Shown: positions 1-10,057 of the stretch, piece by piece | Position numbering within the stretch: position 1 is the first letter of the stretch | How the letters are laid out: each line of letters opens with the position of its first letter | NCBI GenBank assembly: GCA_948467545.1 | Contig: CAOKER010000004.1 | Coordinates: forward strand, 175,952 to 239,951 | Source of the DNA: an uncultured Eubacteriales bacterium | GTDB lineage: Bacteria; Bacillota; Clostridia; Oscillospirales; CAG-272 | DNA: 64,000 bases | Direction: 5' to 3' | Position numbers and translations under genes: made by a program | Notes under the pieces: generated by a model | Databases searched by the model: none | Told to the model about the DNA's origin: nothing | Seen by the model: the letters and a program-made list of their open reading frames with translations, nothing else

Positions 1-2
1 CG

Positions 3-701
3 GATAAGAAAGAGGCTGCACGGATTGTATCTCTCGGAGACTGCGCGGTTTTTGAAGAACGGTTTTCATCAATAGGAGAAGCCGTTGTATCAAAGGCGCT
101 TGCAGACCGTTTTACAGCCTTTTCCGTTATTGAAGTCTTTAAAAGAATGTATACAGAAAAAATAAATACGGATTATGATATATATGCGGTTTTTTCTTCA
201 AGAAGCAGAGTCGGCTACAGCACTGCGGCATCTGCCGCTGAAAAGATAAAACCGGACATAGTATTATCGCTTACGGCTGCGGAAATCCGCAGCGAAAGTG
301 ATAAGCTGGCGTCAATTTTTCTGCCGTACAGGGGAACTCGGATTATATATGACAGAACGCTTTTGAGAGAGCTCTCCGATACGGCATATAAAGATATATG
401 CATAAAAAATAAGTGCGGAGAAGAAAACTCGGAAATTCCGGCAGAAGTTAATACCGACGACGTAACAAATAACGGTGCCGATTTAAACATGGCGCGTACC
501 GAAAAGCTTTGCAGTGAAATACCGCAGGCAAACGGCAGAGATGAGGATATACTTTTACAGAGAGTCTGCGGAGGAACACGAATTTGCAGTCTTGCGGCGC
601 CTTGCTCTGCGCCGGACACCGGTTCGGCCGTTATGAAAAAAAGAACAATTTCTGAATATATTTCATTCTTGGTACACGCGCTCTCTAAAGCTCCGCTTTG
701 A
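3..701 (+). CDS. M42 (glutamyl aminopeptidase/cellulase-like) family protein, N-terminus cut by window edge; probably non-catalytic variant
   Basis: Frame 3 is open from base 3 and continuous with the listed 147..701 ORF. ...SKALADRFTAFSVIEVFK...YAVFSSRSRVGYSTAASAAEKIKPDIVLSLTAAE aligns by eye to the M42 core (KALDDR.G ... F.vQEEVGLRGA..AA..i.PDiai.vD.T), but the Glu-Glu pair reads Ser-Arg. Confidence 0.4.
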   Translation, partial: DKKEAARIVSLGDCAVFEERFSSIGEAVVSKALADRFTAFSVIEVFKRMYTEKINTDYDIYAVFSSRSRVGYSTAASAAEKIKPDIVLSLTAAEIRSESDKLASIFLPYRGTRIIYDRTLLRELSDTAYKDICIKNKCGEENSEIPAEVNTDDVTNNGADLNMARTEKLCSEIPQANGRDEDILLQRVCGGTRICSLAAPCSAPDTGSAVMKKRTISEYISFLVHALSKAPL

Positions 702-988
702 AACTGCCTTTCAAATAACTATATGAAAATATAAATGGTATCGCCGCCTTTTAAGTTATGACCTGACAATACAAGAGGACGCATTTGAGGGAGATGCCGC
801 GGATCCGGTGATTCTGTTTGATTCGATTAAAAATTGATATGGTGCTTAAAGAAGCTTATTGATGAGGCGTTCGTTTTAACAGGCATAATAGGCATCGGAT
901 CGGCCTTGCTTTTGTAAGCAGAGTAATTTGTATTCAAATGTACCGAAAATAGGATTTATGCTTTTATTTCATTAGGATGTGTTATAAG

Positions 989-2269
989 ATGTTAATATCA
1001 GATAAAGTTAAAAAACTTGCAGCGGAAGCAGAGTCTGCGCTTTCCGAAAGATTTGCGGAGATAGATAAGGTGTCCGCAATTCGTACCGAACAGGTAATCG
1101 AATCATTTCAGGCTGAGCGCGTTTCCGAGGCTGTATTTATGCCGTCAACGGGTTACGGCTATGACGATCAGGGCAGAGAAAAGCTTGACCGTATATATGC
1201 GTCGGTTTTCGGCACAGATGCGGCATTTGTCAGGCACAGTATTCTGTCTGGAACGCACGCTCTGACCATAGGGCTTTTCGGTCTGCTGCGTCCGGGGGAT
1301 ACACTTCTTGCCGTTACGGGAAAACCATACGATACGCTTGACAGCGTTATCGGAATTTCCGGAAAAAGCGGAGAAGGTTCACTGCGTGATTTCGGAATAA
1401 ATTACAGACAAATTGACCTTCTTCAGACCGAATTTCCGGATGAGTCGCCTGCTCATACGCATAAGGCGTCAGATATTATCGACTTTGATTCAATCAAATC
1501 CGAACTTGCTGCAGATAGAAATATAAAGGTTATATTTATTCAGCGCTCAAAGGGTTATCTTGAACGTCCTACGCTGACCGTTTCTCAAATAAATGAGGTT
1601 ATCGATTTTGTGCGAAATCTTTCCGATGCTTTTGTCGTTGTAGATAACTGCTACGGAGAATTTACCGAGCTCTCCGAACCTAAAGCGGATCTCCTCATAG
1701 GCTCTCTGATCAAGAATCCTGGCGGAGGAATTGCGGAGAGCGGCGGATATTTGGCCGGAAGCAGCAAAGCTATAGAGCTATGCGGCTGCAGATTTTCATG
1801 CCCCGGAATAGGCCTGGAGGGCGGAGCGACGCTTGGTACAACACGCAATATGTATAAGGGATTTTTTATGGCGCCGCACATTGTTGCACAGGCGCTGAAA
1901 ACCGCCTCGCTTGCAGCGCATATATTTTCGTCTCTCGGATGCAGGGCGGAGCCGTCGGCAGACTCTCCGAGAAGCGATATTATACAGCTTCTTCATCTCG
2001 GCTCTGCAGAAAAACTCTGTGCATTTTGCCGCGGGATTCAAAAAGGTTCTGCGGTCGATTCATTCGTTACGCCGGAACCGTATGCAATGCCCGGATACAG
2101 CGATCCTGTGATTATGGCGGCCGGCGCCTTTACACAAGGTTCTTCGATAGAGCTTTCGGCCGACGGTCCTGTAAGGCCTCCGTTCATTGCATATCTTCAG
2201 GGAGGCCTTACATATGAAAGCGGACGGTATGGAATTCTTACCGCAGCTCAATATTTTATAGATGCATAA
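989..2269 (+). CDS. methionine gamma-lyase family PLP-dependent protein (aluminium-resistance/YnbB-like)
   Basis: 430-aa ORF with the family-typical N-terminal block ...FMPSTGYGYDDQGREKLDRIYASVFGTDAAFVRHSILSGTHAL.... ATG at 989 has AGGA about 11 nt upstream; the ATG at 977 abuts the AGG. Confidence 0.8.
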   Translation: MLISDKVKKLAAEAESALSERFAEIDKVSAIRTEQVIESFQAERVSEAVFMPSTGYGYDDQGREKLDRIYASVFGTDAAFVRHSILSGTHALTIGLFGLLRPGDTLLAVTGKPYDTLDSVIGISGKSGEGSLRDFGINYRQIDLLQTEFPDESPAHTHKASDIIDFDSIKSELAADRNIKVIFIQRSKGYLERPTLTVSQINEVIDFVRNLSDAFVVVDNCYGEFTELSEPKADLLIGSLIKNPGGGIAESGGYLAGSSKAIELCGCRFSCPGIGLEGGATLGTTRNMYKGFFMAPHIVAQALKTASLAAHIFSSLGCRAEPSADSPRSDIIQLLHLGSAEKLCAFCRGIQKGSAVDSFVTPEPYAMPGYSDPVIMAAGAFTQGSSIELSADGPVRPPFIAYLQGGLTYESGRYGILTAAQYFIDA

Positions 2270-2573
2270 TCTGTAAATTTTATACTCTGCATGAAATGCA
2301 CTGAGTAACAGTCCATGGCATTATGCCGTCGATTTACCAACAACCAATATTCGAAGAAGAAATTATATTAAAAAGCACTTTTAAGTCGGTAAATATCGGC
2401 GGGCTTATGTATTGGATTTTAGAATAAATATTTTCAAATGTACCAATACGAAATTTTACGCCGTGTAGTGCCGCAATGATATAAAGTTAAGCAAAGTATG
2501 TCCGACACCTCATGTTTGCGGTGAAATGAAAACCGCGTAATAGCCTTAATGCTATTGTCAGGAAAATCAATAA

Positions 2574-2616
2574 CTGCCGCGGATGATTTTATTCATCCGC
2601 GGCAGTCTGCTTTTAC
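2574..2616. terminator. bidirectional rho-independent terminator-like hairpin
   Basis: Perfect 13-bp stem ctgccgcggatga/tcatccgcggcag with 6-nt loop. It is followed by tctgcttttact on + and by ttattgattttcc on -, and lies 63 nt past the stop of the minus-strand PurN-like gene. Confidence 0.6.
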
Positions 2617-2667
2617 TGCTTAAAAAACAAGGTTTGTTTTCTTTATATTATTAAGGAGGAATTTATT

Positions 2668-3345
2668 TTAATTTACATATTTTTTCTCAATGTGATACGC
2701 CCTGATTTTTTTTAACTCTGCACATGCAATTACCTCTATAGCTTTTGGAAGAGTTTCTTCTCCGTAAGCAACACGAATTCTATAATCAAGCGATTCCGGA
2801 GTTTCGTCGCGACGAACCGCAACCGGCTTCTGAAGAACAATTTTATTTTTGTCGTCAGCATCTCCTAAAATATACACTGTAGCCCCGGCTACCTTCGTTC
2901 CATAGTCAAGCACAGCCTTTTGAATGTCGATACCGTGAAGACCTTCTTCATAAAACGCCGGCATCAGAGACGGCTGAACAACAAGAATTCTGCCCTTGTA
3001 ACGCCTGCGGATTTCATCGTCAAGCTTACAGACAAAATTATCGATTACGATAAGACCTATTTCATGCTCATCAAGCAATTCAAGCAGATTTTTTACCGCG
3101 TCGGAATCTTCCGAATAATTGTGTGCAACCACTGCCGTGGCAATTTCCTCAGAAGCCGCAATTGTCAGCGATTTAGCATTATCGTTACATGATATTACAA
3201 TTTCAACATATGCACTTCCGATTTTACCTCTTTTTTGCGCGTCGAGAACGGCGTCCAGACTTGATTCGTCGGGAGACACAAACATAGCTACGGGTATTCT
3301 TCCGTTTTTTATGCGAAATAAAGGTGATATAGGTTCCGAGATCAT
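2668..3345 (-). CDS. PurN-like formyltransferase-fold protein with substituted catalytic Asn/His
   Basis: Aligns by eye to GAR formyltransferase (GRILVVQPSLMPAF vs GRLLNIHPSLLPKY; ...GDADDKNKIVLQKPVAV vs ...DELDGGPVILQAKVPV). Start is set at the ATG at 3345, which has AAGGAGG 4 nt upstream. Confidence 0.7.
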   Translation of the reverse strand: MISEPISPLFRIKNGRIPVAMFVSPDESSLDAVLDAQKRGKIGSAYVEIVISCNDNAKSLTIAASEEIATAVVAHNYSEDSDAVKNLLELLDEHEIGLIVIDNFVCKLDDEIRRRYKGRILVVQPSLMPAFYEEGLHGIDIQKAVLDYGTKVAGATVYILGDADDKNKIVLQKPVAVRRDETPESLDYRIRVAYGEETLPKAIEVIACAELKKIRAYHIEKKYVN

Positions 3346-3612
3346 TTTTCCTCCTTGTAAGGCGCTAAAAATTCTCATCATATAAGCTTCTTTCTGTACT
3401 CCGCCTTTTCGTTGCGGACAGCTTCATTAATTTATATGTAATATATCACAGAAGAGGATAAGAGAATTATTTCATATTAAGACAATTGCGCAACATATTA
3501 ACTAAAAATTTGATTTTTTGCCATTTATTTGAATATTATATAGCACTAATAAACATGATACATTAAAAAAATAGTTTTGTCAAGATTATATACCAAATTT
3601 TATAATTTGTTT

Positions 3613-3861
3613 TCAAAAGCTTTTTTTATTTTTTGAAATAATTTCATCCATTCGTGTTCTTGCCGAGCTGCGTTTTTTTTCAGAAATATTTTTGTCCGCA
3701 GCTACTTTAAAACCTTCATCCGACTTTGTAATCGTAACATAATCTCCCTCGGTAATATTAGGGGCGCAGGAAACGGGAATATTAATTACGGACTTGTCCT
3801 CGGCAACAATAACGATGGTTTTGCTTTCAATACGGTCCACAACACCGTAAACAGTGTTCAT
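3613..3861 (-). CDS. DUF3006 domain protein
   Basis: 82-aa ORF; VVDRIESKTIVIVAEDKSVINIPVSCAPNITEGDYVTI matches the DUF3006 pattern. Its ATG overlaps the stop of the upstream radical SAM gene (ATGA). Confidence 0.65.
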   Translation of the reverse strand: MNTVYGVVDRIESKTIVIVAEDKSVINIPVSCAPNITEGDYVTITKSDEGFKVAADKNISEKKRSSARTRMDEIISKNKKSF

Positions 3862-5507
3862 GCCTGCTTTTCTCCTCTTTTAAAATTTCTTATTCTTACG
3901 GGAAGCCGTCCAACCTCGTGCTTTTCAAAATCCGAAGATATTCTCTCAAAAAGCTCGTCTCTGTCCTTTACAGAGGTTAGTAAATTCATGCCGAAAAAGT
4001 ACAGCTCCTCATATGCGCTTCGCTGAGATAAAGCGCGAACTCCCGCAGGATTATTTCTTTTTATATATTTTGCAATTTCCTCAAAAAGCGCGAACGGAGA
4101 GGATGATTTTTCAAGAAGAAAATTTATCGTATCTTTAAACCGCCCGCTCTCGCCGAATCTTGTTAAAACGTCGGTAACATTCCGAAGAAGCTCAATTTCG
4201 GAATAGCTTATACAGTCCGTTTTCAGCACCGTGTACGGCGGATTATCAGAAAATACACACCCGAAAGACGCCGCTTTTTTTCTGAGATTCGTACCGTAAA
4301 GAAGCTTTAAAAATCCAACCTGAAGCTCGTCGCATTTTCCGTAAACACTGTTGAATGACTGGGCAAAACGAGTGTAGCTTTCGTGGGGAAGACCGACTAT
4401 AAGATCGGCGTGGATTTTGATATTTCCCAGCTTGTAAAGCTTTTCCATCTGACTGATTGTCTTTTCGGCGGACGATGCTCTGCCGCACGCCAAAAGTGTT
4501 TCTCTGTTAGTACTCTGTATACCGATTTCAAACTGAAATTTTCCGTCCGGCACATTTTTCAGGATATCGAGTGCAGTATCGTCTATAAGATCGGCGCAAA
4601 TTTCAAAATGGTATTTTTTCGTATATTTGTCATCTGAAAGTGCCCTCCAGATTTCGTTTGCGCGCTCGCGGTCGAAGTTGAATGTACGGTCAACAAGCTT
4701 TACTATTCTGACATCGGGATATCTTTCAAATTCATATAAACCATTAAGAGAGTTCCTTACGCTTTTTGCCTCTATTACCGTATTTCCCGTATGCTTTATT
4801 CCCGAAACACAGTAGCCGCAGCTGTACGGACAGCCCCTTGACGTTTCATAATATACCATTGCACCGCTATGCGGCGGAAAACGCTCGTAGTGAGTTTTAT
4901 CATTTTCAAACCGGCCATAATGTATGCCGTTTATTTCCCGTTCATTAAGGCCTGTCCTTATAATTGATTCGATTGCCTCTGGTACCGAAATTTCACCGTC
5001 TCCGCGGATTATACAGTCAATGTAGGGATAAGCTTCAAAAAAGTCAGAACCGCGAAAAGAAATCTCCGGTCCGCCGGCTATAATAACAGAGTTCGGAAGT
5101 AACTTCTTTAAATCCGCCGCCTGCTGCATCATGCTCTCTATATTCCATATATAGCATGAGAAAAGAAAAATATCTCCACGTGACTCATATAACTCGGACA
5201 AAACACGGTTTCTTGAATCCGAAACAGTTTTCTCGATTATTTTAACCGTAACGGGAAATCTGTCTCGCTCCTGTATTGTTCCTCTGCTCTCCGCTCCGTA
5301 AATAACAGCAGACAAGTCCGACTCTTCATTTACCTTTCCTCCGTTAATAATGGCATGGCAGTCCAATTTTTTGTAATCAATAATTGCGTCGGCAAGACAC
5401 CTGAGGGAAAGAGACGTGTGAAGATACGAGGCGTTAAGTGTAAACAAAACAATATTTTTAACCGTACATCCGTTTTTTCGGAATACAGTTGAATCAGTAT
5501 CTTTCAT
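3858..5507 (-). CDS. B12-binding-domain radical SAM protein (DUF4080 type)
   Basis: YYETSRGCPYSCGYCVS radical SAM CxxxCxxC motif after an N-terminal B12-binding-like domain. The long ORF (to 5651) is trimmed to MKDTDSTVF... at 5507, because the extension is unconserved-looking and lies in a structured leader. Confidence 0.85.
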   Translation of the reverse strand: MKDTDSTVFRKNGCTVKNIVLFTLNASYLHTSLSLRCLADAIIDYKKLDCHAIINGGKVNEESDLSAVIYGAESRGTIQERDRFPVTVKIIEKTVSDSRNRVLSELYESRGDIFLFSCYIWNIESMMQQAADLKKLLPNSVIIAGGPEISFRGSDFFEAYPYIDCIIRGDGEISVPEAIESIIRTGLNEREINGIHYGRFENDKTHYERFPPHSGAMVYYETSRGCPYSCGYCVSGIKHTGNTVIEAKSVRNSLNGLYEFERYPDVRIVKLVDRTFNFDRERANEIWRALSDDKYTKKYHFEICADLIDDTALDILKNVPDGKFQFEIGIQSTNRETLLACGRASSAEKTISQMEKLYKLGNIKIHADLIVGLPHESYTRFAQSFNSVYGKCDELQVGFLKLLYGTNLRKKAASFGCVFSDNPPYTVLKTDCISYSEIELLRNVTDVLTRFGESGRFKDTINFLLEKSSSPFALFEEIAKYIKRNNPAGVRALSQRSAYEELYFFGMNLLTSVKDRDELFERISSDFEKHEVGRLPVRIRNFKRGEKQA

Positions 5508-5835
5508 ATAAATAAATCCTTTTGGTCTATAAATAGTGTCAGTCAGAATCAGACGCTTCGGCGATAAACAAAACGGGGAAGTTCGGAGCGTACTTTCAGG
5601 GAGGGACCGCGCCCTCCCTGACGAAATCGGAAAATGCTGCCGGTCTAACATAATGCTAACGACATCCGATTATGAAGGACATTCGATTTCGTGTCAGCAG
5701 CGCACCGATAAATTCCTTGAGATTCGATGTGCTGACAAACACGGCGACGAATGTTCCGATACAGTCGGCAACAATCAGAAGTAATCAGTCATAATATGAA
5801 TATTGCCTGTTCTGAAGATACCCACTCAAGTTATC

Positions 5836-6930
5836 TCAGGAAAAAATTTTGCGGATAATCTGCTTGGAAGCTTTATCGACTCCGGTAAAATTCATGGCGG
5901 ACTTGTATATTTTTTCGATTTCAAAGTGATTTTTTCTTACCGACTCAAAAGCAGATGAGACTTCTGTATTCAGTAAGACTTTATACTTTTCAATTCTGTG
6001 CAGCTCGCTTTTAAGGTCAGAAACAGAACCTGAGTAGAGAAAACGGTTCATGTTTACCGAATGAATCGCGGTACCTCCGTCAGGCATTGTCTCCGAAGAA
6101 TCAATCTTATTTGCAAGAGTTATACAGCAGTCTGCGCCCGGAATCATGATGCCGCATTTCCTTTCAAACGGCGCGTCGAGCGCGGCAGTAAAGAATATTC
6201 CGCGTTTTATCAGCAAAGCTGAAATTTCATCAAGCAGCATATGACCTATACCAAGCCTGTCGGTAATACGGTACTGAGTTCCGGAAATCCGCTCGAATGT
6301 CGGAAGATAAGTATATCCGTCCATGCTTACGGCTCCGGTGACGCGTATCTCCGAAGATATATTTATTTCCGGGGAAATATCCGTACGGCTGTGTTTTTTT
6401 TCAGACCTTGAAATACTGTCAGCGATTCTCTGTGCGTAAGCGCAAAGCTTATTTTTATCAACACGCTCCGAGATGCTGTCAAAACGGTCACTTTCAATTT
6501 CACCCATTGCGGAAAGATACTTAAATACCTTTTTATACGCTTTGCTTTTTCTCTTGCCCAAAAGCTCGATGTCCTCGCGCCTGGCGTAGAGCTCGTCGGC
6601 ATTCCAGTACTGACCGAGATTTAAAATTTCATCCTTGGTTCCCGGAAGGGAGGCGTCCATAAGATGAGGGGCTGTTCCGTCTACAATTGCTGTGTCAAGC
6701 GACGGAATAATCACACCGTCGAGAGACGACGGATCAGAGGAACAGAAGATCAATTCCGAATCTATACCGTTTTTTTCCGCCTCGGCCGCAACTTTTCGCA
6801 TAAGCGTTGACTTTCCGGTTCCCGGACCTCCCTTGATTATGTACAAACGGTCTCTTCCGGCAAAAATACTGTCAAAAAAACTGACAAAGCCGCGTGAAGA
6901 GTTTATAGCCGCAAAATATTCTTTTTGCAT
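5836..6930 (-). CDS. P-loop NTPase of unknown function (conserved Firmicutes PRK06851-like ATPase)
   Basis: Walker A IIKGGPGTGKSTLMRKV. Start is trimmed to MQKEYFAAINS at 6930, which has GGAGG 7 nt upstream. Confidence 0.6.
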   Translation of the reverse strand: MQKEYFAAINSSRGFVSFFDSIFAGRDRLYIIKGGPGTGKSTLMRKVAAEAEKNGIDSELIFCSSDPSSLDGVIIPSLDTAIVDGTAPHLMDASLPGTKDEILNLGQYWNADELYARREDIELLGKRKSKAYKKVFKYLSAMGEIESDRFDSISERVDKNKLCAYAQRIADSISRSEKKHSRTDISPEINISSEIRVTGAVSMDGYTYLPTFERISGTQYRITDRLGIGHMLLDEISALLIKRGIFFTAALDAPFERKCGIMIPGADCCITLANKIDSSETMPDGGTAIHSVNMNRFLYSGSVSDLKSELHRIEKYKVLLNTEVSSAFESVRKNHFEIEKIYKSAMNFTGVDKASKQIIRKIFS

Positions 6931-7016
6931 AAATACCTCCGAAATGCATATTTTATATATTTTAATGAATTTTCCTCTCAAATATATAATATGCAGACGG
7001 AAATAAATGTGATAAA

Positions 7017-7880
7017 TCAATTTTGCTTTTTTTCGCGGTTTTGGCGAAGAATTTCGTATGAAAGCACAGCTGCAGCCGACGCCGCGGACAGAGCCTCCGG
7101 AAACGGTCTGCCGTATTCGAGACATACAACCGAATCCGCTTCGTCCGACAGAGCTTTTGATATACCGCGTTTTTCTCCCCCGATAATAAGGAGAAGCGGA
7201 AGCTTGAGAGAGACATCAAATGCCGACACTGAATTTTCGGTCATGTCGGCGCATATCACCTTGAATCCCAGACTCCGGAAAAGTACAGCGGCATCTCTGC
7301 CGTCCGATACCGCAATTTCCGCAAGCTCGGACGCTCCCGCGGAGGAGCGGCATACAACACCCGCGGCGCTCATCCAATTTCGCCTTGACAATATAACGGC
7401 GTCGGCTCCGGCAGAATAAACCGAACGCAGAGCATATCCAAAATTAAAGGGATCTTCGATTCCCTCGATCAAAACGTAAAATCCTGTGCGTTTTGTTCTT
7501 TCAACAAACGAAACATCGAGATTGGGATATTCTCTCTGTGTGCAGAAAGCAATTACTCCTCCGTGGGAGGTTCCGAGCGCAAGCTTATCTATCTCGCATC
7601 TCGGAGGAGTTTCAACTGCAAAACCGTATTTCTTCGCTTCGGCTGTAAGCCATCTGAACTCACGTTTGTTTTTATTCTTACGTTCTCTTGCATATAAAAG
7701 CTTGATAATCCTGCGATTTTTACAGCCGGTATTCAATACGGTGCGAATCGAGATCATTCCCTCGAACATATTGCAGTCCGATTCCTTTTTTTCTTCGCTG
7801 ACACGTGGCTTTGCGGAATTGCAGTCATTTATTTTCCGGTTTTCGATTTTATTATTCATATTAATTTCTTTATTATACAT
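7017..7880 (-). CDS. TrmH/SpoU family RNA 2'-O-methyltransferase
   Basis: C-terminal SpoU methylase blocks (VLIEGIEDPFNFGYALRSVYSAGADAVIL ... LLLIIGGEKRGIS ... LSAASAAAVLSYEI). Start is uncertain: the low-complexity N-terminus may be shorter, with Met38 at 7769 as an alternative. Confidence 0.75.
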   Translation of the reverse strand: MYNKEINMNNKIENRKINDCNSAKPRVSEEKKESDCNMFEGMISIRTVLNTGCKNRRIIKLLYARERKNKNKREFRWLTAEAKKYGFAVETPPRCEIDKLALGTSHGGVIAFCTQREYPNLDVSFVERTKRTGFYVLIEGIEDPFNFGYALRSVYSAGADAVILSRRNWMSAAGVVCRSSAGASELAEIAVSDGRDAAVLFRSLGFKVICADMTENSVSAFDVSLKLPLLLIIGGEKRGISKALSDEADSVVCLEYGRPFPEALSAASAAAVLSYEILRQNREKKQN

Positions 7881-7921
7881 ATCGATTTTAACGCTCTGAA
7901 AGTATTAACCATTCGTAAGCT

Positions 7922-10009
7922 TTATTTTACTGGGATCGGACGAAGACTGTTGCTTGCGTAGGCTTCATTAAACAATACAAGCTGACTGTCGATATCGCCC
8001 TTATTTTCCTCATTTTTATCGGATATTTCGGAAACAGAAACATAATTTCCGTCCGGCATCAGCACGCTTGATTTCACATTGTCGCTAAGCATAATGTCGG
8101 TCATTAAAACAAGCCTGTCGGCAGCTGCACGGTCGAATACGGGGGTAATTATCTCCACTCTTCTTGATGTGTTTCTTGTCATGCAGTCTGCGGAGCCGAT
8201 AAAAACCTGTCTTTTTGCCGGATCTGCTCCGAAAATGAATATTCTTGAATGTTCGAGGTAACGTCCTACGATACTTATGACTGTTATATTATCGGTCTGC
8301 TTTTTCAATCCGGCCTGAAGGCAGCATATTCCTCTGATAATCAAATCAATCTTGACACCCGACTTAGACGCGGAAACAAGCGCGTCGATAATATCTTTAT
8401 CGGTCATGCTGTTCATCTTCATACGGATATATCCGCTCTTGCCTTTGGCACGCTCGGAAGCGATCAAAGAAATAAGCTTATTTTTCATACAATTAGGCGC
8501 TACAAGAAGTGCTTTATAATCATCTGCGTTGACACCGAGAGTTATGTTTCTGAAGAAATCCACAGCGTCCGAGCATATACGGCTGTCGCTTGTGATAATT
8601 CCGACATCCGTATACAAGCGCGCGGTCTTTTCGTTGTAGTTGCCCGTTCCGATATGCGTAATACAGCTTACGCCGTCGTCATTTTTTCTTGTTATCAGGG
8701 TTATTTTGGAATGGGTTTTCAGTCCGTCAACTCCGTAAATGACGTTGCAGCCCGACTCCTCAAGCCGCCTTGACCACCCGATATTGTTGCTTTCGTCAAA
8801 ACGCGCTTTAAGCTCTACCACCGCAGTGACTTCTTTTCCGTTTTCCGCCGCAAGGCAGAGCAGTCTTATAACCTCGGAGGTACTGCTAAGCCTGTAAAGC
8901 GTAATTTTGATTGATACTGTGTCCTCGTCCGTCGCAGCCTCTTCAAGAAGCTTAAGATACGGTCTTATGGTATGGTAGGGAAATGACAGAAGAATATCTC
9001 TCTCATATACAATTTCGGTTATTCTTGCTCTTGCCGGAATATCCGGATAGTTCTGCGGAACAAGAGGAGAATAAAGAAGCTCGGTTTCCTTCGGAAGTTT
9101 TCTTTCGAGAGCGTAAATGTAAGAAGGATCGCAGGGCTTACGGAGCCAGAAACACTGAGGCTCCGTCAACCCGATTTTATGCATAAAATACGAGATCAGT
9201 TTTTTGCTTTTTCCGTACGCGCCGGTGTAGCATTCAAGACGTATAGGAGAAAGCTTTCCGCGCTTTTTTATAATTACATCGACGTAGCTGCGATAATCTA
9301 TGCTGTCGTCCGAAAAATTATCCGCCACCTCAATGTCGGCGTTTCTTGTTACTCTGATTACTGCGCGTGATTTTACATTGTATATCTTGAATATATCCTT
9401 GAGATATTTCATCAGAATATCCTCTATAAGAATATATCTGATTTTGTCGGTATCTTCTGACGGCGGAAAATACATACGTTCAAAGCTCTGTAAAATAGGA
9501 ATTATCCCGTAATAAGTCTTTCCGCCTCTCTCCAGCTCGGAAATCACATAGAGCTTCTTGTTTTCAAGGTGCGGAAACGGATGCTTCGCGTCTATTATCT
9601 GCGGAGAGAGCAGCGGCAGAATTTCATGCTTAAAGTATGACTTCAAAATCTTTGCTTCGCTTTCGGAAAGCATACGCGCGTTTTCACGAATTATTCCTTT
9701 ATCCTCAAGCAATTTTTCGAGCTGCTCAAAAATATTTCCGCATAGCTCACAAAGCGGCTTTACATCTCTGTAAATAGCTTCGAGCTGTTCGCGTGCAGTC
9801 ATTTTTGTCTTGTCATCGCGCATCTCTGCCGATATAAGCGCGCGGTCATGCATGCTTCCGGCGCGAACCATAAAAAATTCATCTAAATTCGATTCAAAAA
9901 TCGCAGTAAATTTCATCCGCTCAAAAAGCGGAACCTCCGGAGCGTCAGCCTGCAAAAGCACACGCTTATTAAATTTCAGCCATGACAGCTCTCTGTTTAT
10001 ATAATACAT
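7922..10009 (-). CDS. ppk1: polyphosphate kinase 1
   Basis: About 695 aa; YINRELSWLKFNKRVLLQA...FESNLDEFFMVR N-terminus and two PLD-like domains are typical of Ppk1. The ATG at 10009 has GGAAGGAAA upstream. Confidence 0.95.
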   Translation of the reverse strand: MYYINRELSWLKFNKRVLLQADAPEVPLFERMKFTAIFESNLDEFFMVRAGSMHDRALISAEMRDDKTKMTAREQLEAIYRDVKPLCELCGNIFEQLEKLLEDKGIIRENARMLSESEAKILKSYFKHEILPLLSPQIIDAKHPFPHLENKKLYVISELERGGKTYYGIIPILQSFERMYFPPSEDTDKIRYILIEDILMKYLKDIFKIYNVKSRAVIRVTRNADIEVADNFSDDSIDYRSYVDVIIKKRGKLSPIRLECYTGAYGKSKKLISYFMHKIGLTEPQCFWLRKPCDPSYIYALERKLPKETELLYSPLVPQNYPDIPARARITEIVYERDILLSFPYHTIRPYLKLLEEAATDEDTVSIKITLYRLSSTSEVIRLLCLAAENGKEVTAVVELKARFDESNNIGWSRRLEESGCNVIYGVDGLKTHSKITLITRKNDDGVSCITHIGTGNYNEKTARLYTDVGIITSDSRICSDAVDFFRNITLGVNADDYKALLVAPNCMKNKLISLIASERAKGKSGYIRMKMNSMTDKDIIDALVSASKSGVKIDLIIRGICCLQAGLKKQTDNITVISIVGRYLEHSRIFIFGADPAKRQVFIGSADCMTRNTSRRVEIITPVFDRAAADRLVLMTDIMLSDNVKSSVLMPDGNYVSVSEISDKNEENKGDIDSQLVLFNEAYASNSLRPIPVK

Positions 10010-10057
10010 TTGTGGATTTCCTTCCAATTTCCGACTGCAGACTTTATGTGGTATTAA

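Noticed and set aside
921-2456. Similar ~36-nt stretches share a 12-nt identical core TTCAAATGTACC at 934-945 and 2434-2445, exactly 1500 bp apart, flanking the PLP-enzyme gene. This raised the possibility of repeat or regulatory elements.
   Set aside because: A single shared 12-mer is expected by chance many times in 64 kb. The flanks are only about 64 percent identical and AT-rich. No inverted or target-site structure is present.
5508-5835. A possible cobalamin riboswitch upstream of the B12-binding radical SAM gene, based on a B12-box-like AGACCGGCAGC.
   Set aside because: I could not find the conserved core elements (GGUGAAAxUCC-type loop, GCCACUG, GGGAAGG) in the right order, and only a partial B12-box resemblance exists. 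It is kept as an unclassified structured leader, not called as a riboswitch.
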